From an uncultured Bifidobacteriaceae bacterium (GTDB taxonomy: Bacteria > Verrucomicrobiota > Verrucomicrobiia > Limisphaerales > UBA11358): a DNA stretch of 54,785 nt. Made by a program: the position numbers and the translations under genes. The stretch covers positions 1 to 54,785 of the forward strand of contig CAZKTW010000002.1 in NCBI GenBank assembly GCA_964555775.1, given 5' to 3'. Shown here one piece after another: positions 37,550 to 47,296 of this stretch (position 1 is its first letter; each line of letters begins with the position of its first letter). The notes beneath the pieces were generated by a model that saw nothing but the letters and a program-made list of their open reading frames with translations, ran no database searches and was not told the DNA's origin.

Positions 37550-40132
37550 ATGAGTGACACCTCTTTTTCAACCCGGGTCGCCGCGATGAAAATTCCGTCG
37601 CTGCCGCCCGGTGTTGCCATGACCACGCTCGAAAATGGCCTGACGATCATCTTGCGCGAAGATCACAGTGCGCCAGTCGTCTCGGCCCAGGCGTGGTGCA
37701 TGGCCGGCAGCGTCCACGAAGGCAGATGGCTCGGCGCCGGATTGTCGCACGTGCTCGAACACATGCTGTTCAAAGGCACGACCACGCGCCCCGGCAGCCG
37801 GATTGACCAGGAAGTACAGGAAGCCGGCGGTTACATGAACGCCTACACCAGCTTCGACCGCACAGTGTATCACATCGACGTCCCGGCCACCGGCGCGCGC
37901 ACGGCAATTGACATTCTTTGCGACATCATGCAGCACGCCACGCTGCCCGCCGATGAACTGACCAAGGAACTCGACGTCATCCGCCGCGAGATGGACATGG
38001 GCCAGGATGATCCCGGACGTCGTTCCAGCCGCCGGCTCTTTGAAATCGCTTACACGCGCAGCCCGTATCGTTTCACCATCATCGGCTATCCGGACATTTT
38101 CAACGAACTCAAAGCCATCGACATCCGCGGTTATTACGCTGACAAATACGCGCCGAACAATGTTTTTTATGTGGTCGTCGGCGACGTGAAGCGGGATGAG
38201 GTCATCGCGCAAATCCGCGCCGCCTATGAAAAATCCAAAACCCGGGCGATGCCGCCCATGGTGTTGCCGGAAGAACCCCGGCAGACGGCGCCGCGCGAAG
38301 TAATCGAGGAAGCCGCCATCGAACTCGGACATTTTCACTTTGCGTGGCACATTCCCGAATTGCGGCATCCCGACGTGCCGATCCTCGACGTGCTGGCCGT
38401 GCTGTTGGGAAGCGGCCGCAGTTCGCGCCTGTTCCAGCAGGTCCGCGAAAAGCAGGGGGTCGTCCATCACGTGGATGCGTGGACTTACAGTCCCGGGAAT
38501 TCGGGCTTATTTGGCATGAGTGCCATCGTGGATCCGGAGAAGATGATTGCTGCGCGCGACGCCATGCTCGCCGAGGTTGAAAAAATGAAGACGGCGACCA
38601 TCTCCACGGGTGAACTGGGCAAGGCGGTAAAACAATTCATTTCCGCCACCCTTGCCATGCGCAAGACGATGGAAGGCCAGGCGCAGAATCTGGGATCGAG
38701 CTGGCTGGCCGCAAACGACTTGAATTTTTCCGAACGTTATCTGGCCGCCGTCAAGCAGGTCCGCCCCGACGACATCCTGCGGGTGACGCGGGATTATCTC
38801 ACGGCGGAAAACCGCACCCTTTACACGCTGCTGCCCAATGGCACCGCCCCAAAACCCTCCATTTCCGTCGAGGAAATGAGCGCCCATGCGATTCAGAAAT
38901 TTGAATTTCCCAACGGTCTTCGCCTGCTCGTGAAGGAGGACCATCGCCTGCCCTTCGTTGAATACCGCGCCATGTTCCAGGGGGGCGTGCTCGCGGAAAC
39001 CAAGGAGGACAACGGCATCACGCAACTGGCCAGCCGGATGCTGCTCAAAGGCACCTCGCACCGCAGCGCCCGAGATATTGCCACAGAAATTGAATCCGTC
39101 GGCGGCAGCATTGACAGCTACGGCGGCAACAACAGCTTCGGCGTCAATGTGGAAGCCCTGAGCAGTGATTTTGCCACCGGCCTCGATTTGCTGGCTGACG
39201 TTTTGCTGAACCCGGTTTTTCCGGCCGATGCCCTCGAACGCGAACGCGAGGTGCAGATTGCCGACATTTACGCACAAAAGGACAACCTGCTGAAAAGCGC
39301 CAGCCTGGCCATGCGGCGAGCACTTTTTGGCAGCTCCGGTTACGGTCTGGATTCAACCGGCCGGGAAGAAACGGTGGCGAAGATCAAGGCCGCCAGTTTG
39401 AAATCGTTTCACAAAAAACTGGCCACGCCGAACAATTGCGTGCTCGCCATCTACGGCGACGTGGAAACGGCCGAGGTCAAGTCCGCCGTTGAAAAGGCCT
39501 TTGGCCATTGGAAGGCCGGCAGCGCTGCCAAGGAATTGATCCAGATTCCCTCCGGCATGCCCGTTGCCCTGGTGCAGCGGGTCGAGGAAGCCCGTGACAA
39601 AAAGCAGGCGGTGATTGTGGTTGGGTTTCCCGGCACCACCATCCACGACGAGGACCACTTTGCGCTGGAATTGATCCAAGAATCGTGCAGCGACCTCGGT
39701 TCGCGGCTGTTTTTGAGGATTCGTGAGCAACTGGGCCTGGCTTACTACGTCGGCGCGCAACATTTCGCCGGCCTGGCGCCCGGCTATTTTGCCTTTTACG
39801 CCGGCACCGAACCGGCCAAGGCGGCCCTGGTCGAACAGGAAATCCTCAAGGAAGCGGCGTTGTTGCGCATCGAGGGCCTGACCCCCGAGGAGCTCAAACG
39901 CGCCAAGGCCAAAATCATCGGTCAGAAAAAAATCGCGCGGCAGGACCTCGGCCACCTCGCCTCCACCACTGCGCTTGATGAACTTTACGGCCTTGGTTAC
40001 CAGCGCGCGGAATTGGACGACGCCAAATATGAAGCCGTGACGCAGGAACAGGTCAAGGCGGCGGCGCAAAAATATCTCAAGCCTGACGCGGTGGTCGTGG
40101 CAGTGGTGAAACCGGAGAAGGCCCAGGGCTGA
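37550..40132 (+). CDS. M16 (pitrilysin/insulinase) family zinc peptidase, fused double unit
   Basis: Inverted zinc motif 'HVLEHMLFKGT' in the first half and a second M16-like half without the motif. The length of 860 aa fits two M16 pairs. Confidence 0.9.
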   Translation: MSDTSFSTRVAAMKIPSLPPGVAMTTLENGLTIILREDHSAPVVSAQAWCMAGSVHEGRWLGAGLSHVLEHMLFKGTTTRPGSRIDQEVQEAGGYMNAYTSFDRTVYHIDVPATGARTAIDILCDIMQHATLPADELTKELDVIRREMDMGQDDPGRRSSRRLFEIAYTRSPYRFTIIGYPDIFNELKAIDIRGYYADKYAPNNVFYVVVGDVKRDEVIAQIRAAYEKSKTRAMPPMVLPEEPRQTAPREVIEEAAIELGHFHFAWHIPELRHPDVPILDVLAVLLGSGRSSRLFQQVREKQGVVHHVDAWTYSPGNSGLFGMSAIVDPEKMIAARDAMLAEVEKMKTATISTGELGKAVKQFISATLAMRKTMEGQAQNLGSSWLAANDLNFSERYLAAVKQVRPDDILRVTRDYLTAENRTLYTLLPNGTAPKPSISVEEMSAHAIQKFEFPNGLRLLVKEDHRLPFVEYRAMFQGGVLAETKEDNGITQLASRMLLKGTSHRSARDIATEIESVGGSIDSYGGNNSFGVNVEALSSDFATGLDLLADVLLNPVFPADALEREREVQIADIYAQKDNLLKSASLAMRRALFGSSGYGLDSTGREETVAKIKAASLKSFHKKLATPNNCVLAIYGDVETAEVKSAVEKAFGHWKAGSAAKELIQIPSGMPVALVQRVEEARDKKQAVIVVGFPGTTIHDEDHFALELIQESCSDLGSRLFLRIREQLGLAYYVGAQHFAGLAPGYFAFYAGTEPAKAALVEQEILKEAALLRIEGLTPEELKRAKAKIIGQKKIARQDLGHLASTTALDELYGLGYQRAELDDAKYEAVTQEQVKAAAQKYLKPDAVVVAVVKPEKAQG

Positions 40133-40134
40133 TG

Positions 40135-40157
40135 GGAACGCCGGGCGCCGCCCCGGC
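40135..40157 (+). repeat. REP family B single arm
   Basis: ggaacgccgggcgccgccccggc, compared with ggaacgccgagcaccgtctcggc at 40399 (19/23). It starts 3 nt after the M16 peptidase stop. Confidence 0.6.
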
Positions 40158-40198
40158 TCGCTGCCAATCGGAGCGGCTTGTTGCCGGTCACTTCACCA

Positions 40199-40966
40199 TC
40201 ATGCCGGGCCGGAGGCCGGCGTTCCGGCGGGAATCAACAACTGGTTAAATCCATCCCGAAACCGGTTGCTGCTGAAAGGCCAATCCTTGTCCACCCGGCA
40301 CAATCGCGCCTTCACCGGATTATTATCAATGTAACGGACGGCCTTTTGTTCCTGTGCCGCATCGCGCATGAATGTATCCCAATATTCCCGCTGCCATTGG
40401 AACGCCGAGCACCGTCTCGGCGTGTTGGAATCTGATTGTTTTTCGCGCCGAGGCGGCGCTCGGCGCTCCAATAAACGCCAGCTCCTGAATTCTGTCACCA
40501 CGTGAATTTTCCAGTTCTGGAGTATCTTCCATAGCGGTATCTGCCACACGTGCGCAAGCACATGGACGTGATTGGGCATCACGCACCAGGCAAGCAATTC
40601 TTAACGTTGACTGGGAAAATGCAGCAAGGCGTCTTCCACGAGCCGGGCAATGCGCGGGTCACGCAAATGACACTCGCCGTGGCCACGATCGAGATATTCC
40701 TCCAGTTTCGTGCGTTTCTCCCGCTCATCCTCAATTCGTAACAAATGTTCCCATTCACCACGGCGCGAATTCGGCATGGAATCCGCAAGTCGAAATGTGA
40801 CGAATTGAATGAGACCAGGATAATCGCAGTGCGGCAGATAACCCCGTTCGTGCCAGCCGAGGAAACCTAAAGCCTTCTCTTCATCCGTCAGCGGACGAAA
40901 CGCCGTGTTCTTCCCTTCGACAAGCTGACGAAGATATTCGCGCTTGGTCCGCGGTGGAACGGGCAT
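40199..40966 (-). pseudogene. RayT/IS200-like HUH Y1 transposase gene interrupted by an in-frame TAA (40601-40603) and carrying an internal REP hairpin
   Basis: ORFs 40601..41023 and 40199..40597 are in the same frame: '...LLHFPSQR * E (L)LAWCVMPNHVHVL...YIDNNPVKARL'. The HUH and Tyr motifs are both downstream of the stop. Confidence 0.7.
40399..40469. repeat. REP family B hairpin located inside the RayT-like pseudogene
   Basis: The arms are ggaacgccgagcaccgtctcggcg and cgccgaggcggcgctcggcgctcc. They are near-perfect 24-nt inverted repeats with a 24-nt spacer. Confidence 0.85.
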
Positions 40967-41009
40967 GGCCAGACATCTACCAAATTCCGGACATGGAAGA
41001 CAATCCCTT

Positions 41010-41076
41010 GGAGCGCCGAGCACCGCCTCGGCTTGTTTCGATTATAGCATCGAGCCGAGGTGGTGCTCGGCGCTCC
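41010..41076. repeat. REP family B hairpin between the RayT-like gene start and the acnA stop (possible acnA terminator)
   Basis: The arms ggagcgccgagcaccgcctcggc and gccgaggtggtgctcggcgctcc are complementary at 22/23 positions. Confidence 0.85.
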
Positions 41077-41079
41077 GGC

Positions 41080-43794
<2,715 letters not shown>

Positions 43795-43886
43795 TTAATT
43801 CCTTAATTCCGTCAATCAATGAATGAAAATGAAGCCTGCGCGCGGATGTGTCAAGCGAAGTGCATGATCGCCGGTGTCCCAATTTA

Positions 43887-43914
43887 CCGGAGCGCGGAGC
43901 ATTGCTCCGCAGGT
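43887..43914 (-). repeat. Dispersed repeat family C, inverted copy
   Basis: ccggagcgcggagcattgctccgcaggt, in the acnA upstream region. Confidence 0.75.
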
Positions 43915-44048
43915 TACGTCGGTTTCAAGCATTTGCGGGACCAGACGCCGCACCCCGCCATCTGAGCAACACGGTCCGGGGACATATCCCGAGACATTCC
44001 ACGTTGCTTTGTCTCGACAGCCGGAGAAATTCACGGTAGCTTTTTTTT

Positions 44049-44140
44049 GCCAGGGCCCATGGAATGTGGACTTACGAACCCCGCCAGGGCCGGAAGGCAG
44101 CAACGGTAGTTTGCTCCGTATCTGCCGTGGTCACCCTGGC
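44049..44140 (+). ncRNA. ffs: Signal recognition particle RNA (small/4.5S type)
   Basis: Domain IV core 'CCGCCAGGGCC-GGAA-GGCAGCAACGG' (44081-44106) has a GGAA tetraloop and flanking AGG / AGCA loop residues. A 7-bp closing helix pairs GCCAGGG (44049-55) with CCCTGGC (44134-40). The whole folds as one long hairpin directly upstream of dnaX. Confidence 0.75.
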
Positions 44141-44147
44141 ATTCTGA

Positions 44148-44175
44148 ATTTACGATTTGCGATTTCGAATTCACG
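44148..44175 (-). repeat. Heptamer array (atttacg-type, the reverse complement of cgtaaat) x4
   Basis: atttacg atttgcg atttcga attcacg, followed by the perfect palindrome gattgcccgggcaatc (44175-90). Confidence 0.9.
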
Positions 44176-44200
44176 ATTGCCCGGGCAATCAACAACGACG

Positions 44201-44228
44201 CGTAAATCGTAAATCACAAATCAAAAAT
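44201..44228 (+). repeat. Heptamer array (cgtaaat-type) x4 running into the dnaX ATG
   Basis: cgtaaat cgtaaat cacaaat caaaaat. The last unit overlaps ATG 44227. Confidence 0.9.
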
Positions 44229-45978
44229 GTCATATCAGGTCATTGCCAGAAAATATCGTCCGCAGCGGTTTGCGGACGTGGTCGGCCAGGAACATGTCAC
44301 GCAGACGCTGGCCAATGCCATCGGGCAAAAGCGCATTGCCCACGCCTACCTGTTCTGCGGCCCGCGCGGCACCGGCAAGACGACCATCGCCCGCATCTTT
44401 GCCAAATGCCTTAATTGCACCGGCGGCCCCAAAATCGATTTTGACGACTCGGACCCGCGCTGCATTGAAATTGCCGAGGGCCGGTCGCTGGACGTGCTGG
44501 AAATTGACGGGGCCAGCAACAACGGCGTCGAACAGGTCCGTGAACTTCGCGAGACCTGCAAATACGCGCCCGCTCATTCACCGTTCAAGGTTTACATCAT
44601 CGACGAGGTGCACATGCTCTCGACGGCGGCGTTCAACGCGCTGCTGAAAACCCTGGAAGAGCCGCCGGCGCACGTGAAGTTCATGTTCGCCACGACCGAC
44701 CCGGAGAAGGTCCTGCCCACGATCCTGTCGCGTTGCCAGCGGTTCGATCTGCGCCGGATTCCCAGCGCGCTCATCGTCAAACACCTCGCCCAAATCGCAA
44801 AACTGGAGAAGGTCAAAATCGACGACCCGGCACTTCTGGCCATCGCCCGGGGCGCCGATGGCGGGATGCGCGACGCCGAATCCACGCTCGACCAGCTCAT
44901 CAGTTTCTGCGGCGAGAAGATTGAGGAGGCTGACGTGCTGTCCATGTTTGGCCTGGCCGCCCAAAGCCAGGTGCTCGGTTTGAGCCGGGCCGTGCTTGCC
45001 GGCGAAATCCAGACCGCGCTCGGTCTTCTGAACGAACTGGCGCAAAACGGCAAGGACCTCGGGCGGTTGCTTTCGGATCTGCTCAACCATTTTCGCAACC
45101 TGCTCATTTTCCAGGTTTCGCGCGGCGACCTGAACCTGCTCGAAGTGTCCGAAATCGAGGTCGCGGCGCTCAAGGAACAATCCCCGCTGACCAACACCGG
45201 ATCGCTGACCCGGATCCTGGAGGCACTCACCGATGCCGAGCTTCGCCTCCGCGACACCGCCTCAAAAAAAATCCTGGTTGAAGTCACCATGCTCAAGGCC
45301 ATCGAAGCCGGCAATGCAGTGAGCCTCGACTCGGTCTTGAAGCAACTTAACCAATTGCGCGGCGGCCAAAGCAGCGCCGGTATCGCCCCGGCGGAACGCC
45401 AGGCACCGGCCCGGCCAGCAATGGAAAAAACAAAAATCGTTCACCGGCTCGCCGAACCGGCGCCCGGCGTCGCAACCCCTTTAACTGAAACTCCACCCGT
45501 CTCCGGTGACTTGAGCGAGTTGTGGACCAGACTCATCGAGGCCGTCGGCCGCGTGAGCCAGTTCACCCGGACCTACCTGCTGGACGCGCATCCGGTTTCA
45601 TTTGCCCAGGGAATCCTGACCATCGGCTTCGACCCTGAATTTGAGGATCATCTCGGCCTGGTGGACAACGCGCGCAATCACACCCTGCTGCAAACCAAGC
45701 TGGCCGAACTGGGACACGCGAACACCCAGATCAAATTCATCAAGGCCGAGGCGCCGGTTGGAGCGACCGCCAAACCCGCGGCGCCCGCGGCGGCCCCGGC
45801 AACCAGTTCCCCGCCGGCGATTGCACCCGCTGCGGCTAAACCCGCCGCGGCGGCCACTGCATCCGGAAAGGAAAAAACCTCGCCGGTGGCTTTCAACAAG
45901 AACGATTTCAAGAACGACCCGTTGATTCAAAAGGCCCTGGAAATCTTCCGCGGCCAGATCATCGAAGTTCGCGCGTGA
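44227..45978 (+). CDS. dnaX: DNA polymerase III subunit gamma/tau
   Basis: 'MSYQVIARKYRPQRFADVVGQEHV', 'GPRGTGKTT', 'KVYIIDEVHMLS', 'FNALLKTLEEPP.HVKF' and 'SRCQRF'. Confidence 0.97.
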   Translation: MSYQVIARKYRPQRFADVVGQEHVTQTLANAIGQKRIAHAYLFCGPRGTGKTTIARIFAKCLNCTGGPKIDFDDSDPRCIEIAEGRSLDVLEIDGASNNGVEQVRELRETCKYAPAHSPFKVYIIDEVHMLSTAAFNALLKTLEEPPAHVKFMFATTDPEKVLPTILSRCQRFDLRRIPSALIVKHLAQIAKLEKVKIDDPALLAIARGADGGMRDAESTLDQLISFCGEKIEEADVLSMFGLAAQSQVLGLSRAVLAGEIQTALGLLNELAQNGKDLGRLLSDLLNHFRNLLIFQVSRGDLNLLEVSEIEVAALKEQSPLTNTGSLTRILEALTDAELRLRDTASKKILVEVTMLKAIEAGNAVSLDSVLKQLNQLRGGQSSAGIAPAERQAPARPAMEKTKIVHRLAEPAPGVATPLTETPPVSGDLSELWTRLIEAVGRVSQFTRTYLLDAHPVSFAQGILTIGFDPEFEDHLGLVDNARNHTLLQTKLAELGHANTQIKFIKAEAPVGATAKPAAPAAAPATSSPPAIAPAAAKPAAAATASGKEKTSPVAFNKNDFKNDPLIQKALEIFRGQIIEVRA

Positions 45979-46003
45979 GTTTTGGGCCACTCCATCAGCC
46001 AGA

Positions 46004-46029
46004 GGCAGGGCGCGTCACTCCGTGCTCGC
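46004..46029 (+). repeat. Left 26-nt inverted repeat bounding the dnaX/ybaB insertion
   Basis: ggcagggcgcgtcactccgtgctcgc matches the reverse complement of 49914-49939 at 24 of 26 positions. Confidence 0.8.
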
Positions 46030-46037
46030 CGTTTTGT

Positions 46038-46108
46038 GCAGGAGACGAGGTGACGAGACTCAAATTTCTTTTTTTTAAGCAAGACGGAGACTCCACGTCG
46101 TCTCCTAC
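46038..46108. repeat. Inverted pair of REP family A copies separated by a T-rich 24-nt spacer
   Basis: gcaggagacgaggtgacgagactc (46038-61) and ggagactccacgtcgtctcctac (46086-108), 60 nt after the dnaX stop. Confidence 0.8.
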
Positions 46109-46212
46109 TTTGTTAACGGCTGCTAGCCGGCTTGAGTTGCGCCGGATGCGGCTGCCCTCGACGACGCCCCGGCCCGTCGCTTTCAACGCGGGATCATTAT
46201 GCCCGGCTATCG

Positions 46213-47241
46213 TCACGGCTTCGGGCGCTTGAGTTTTTTTGGTTTCGGCAACTGTTGCAACTGTTTCGCGACCTGCTCAAAATCGGCATCCACTGGACGC
46301 GGCTGGGCATCGGCTAACGCTTGGTAACGCTCGTATTCCCTTTCCGCCTTGGCCCGGGCGGTTTCGGAGGAAATCTTCCCGGCGTGATGCAACAACTCGC
46401 GCCCGGATATTTTCAAGAATTCGTCCAGCTTTTCAATCCAGTTGCGCATCGTCATCGGCTTGCGGTCGAGGGCCTGAAGTTCGGCGAACTCGATGTAGAG
46501 GTTCACGATCCGGTTCAGCGTTTGCAGTTCCGCTTCGTTGAGATAGTTCTTGGCCACCGAAACATCCTCCCGGCGGATGATTCGACCGGGGCGTGTGGTC
46601 GCCAGCCCCATCAACGGCTGCGCCGCGTCGGCGCGCTGGTGGATGACCTCCGCCGCCGTGTGTCCATGCGTCGCCCAATGCATCTTGTTCTGCACCGTGG
46701 CGAAGAACTGTTGTGACGCCTCCTCGCGCGGATCGTAATCAACGCTCGTCGCGTAAATATCCAGCACCTTCTGGTAGAAACGCCGTTCCGAGGAGCGGAT
46801 GTCCCGGATGCGCTGCAACAACTCATCAAAATAATCCTTCTGCCCCTTGCCGGGCGGATTTTTTAATCGCTCGTCGTCCATTGTAAATCCCTTGACGATA
46901 TATTCGCGCAATCGCTGCGTGGCCCACTGGCGGAACTGCGTGCCCCGGTGCGATTTCACCCGGTAACCGACCGCAATGATGACATCGAGATTATAGTGCT
47001 GCGTGTCGTAGGTTTTACCATCGGCGGCAGTTATCCGGAATTTCCGGATAACTGAATCGGGCACCAGCTCACCTTCCTCAAAGATGTTTTGAATATGTTC
47101 GTTGACCGTGCGAACATCCTTCTGAAAAAGCTCGGCCATCAGCTTTTGTGTGAGCCAGACGGTTTCATTTTCGAGTCGGACTTCAATCCGCGTCCGGTTG
47201 TCCTCGGTCTGGTAAAGAATCAATTCTGACTTCGGTTTCAT
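46213..47241 (-). CDS. rhuM: RhuM-family protein (virulence/DNA-binding-like)
   Basis: 'ILYQTEDNRTRIEVRLENETVWLTQ..MAELF....TVNEHI.NIF.EGEL' and 'YNLDVIIAVGYRV.S..GTQFRQWAT..L.EY..KGF' match my recollection of the RhuM family. Confidence 0.7.
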   Translation of the reverse strand: MKPKSELILYQTEDNRTRIEVRLENETVWLTQKLMAELFQKDVRTVNEHIQNIFEEGELVPDSVIRKFRITAADGKTYDTQHYNLDVIIAVGYRVKSHRGTQFRQWATQRLREYIVKGFTMDDERLKNPPGKGQKDYFDELLQRIRDIRSSERRFYQKVLDIYATSVDYDPREEASQQFFATVQNKMHWATHGHTAAEVIHQRADAAQPLMGLATTRPGRIIRREDVSVAKNYLNEAELQTLNRIVNLYIEFAELQALDRKPMTMRNWIEKLDEFLKISGRELLHHAGKISSETARAKAEREYERYQALADAQPRPVDADFEQVAKQLQQLPKPKKLKRPKP

Positions 47242-47296
47242 GTGCTCAATTATACTTCACCCGGTGCGACAAAGGCTGTCCAAGCTTCATTGTGGT

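Noticed and set aside
44148-44228. Possible CRISPR array, here and at the other tandem arrays
   Set aside because: The repeat units are only 6-7 nt with no spacers. No window region shows 25-40 nt direct repeats separated by unique spacers, and no cas genes are present.
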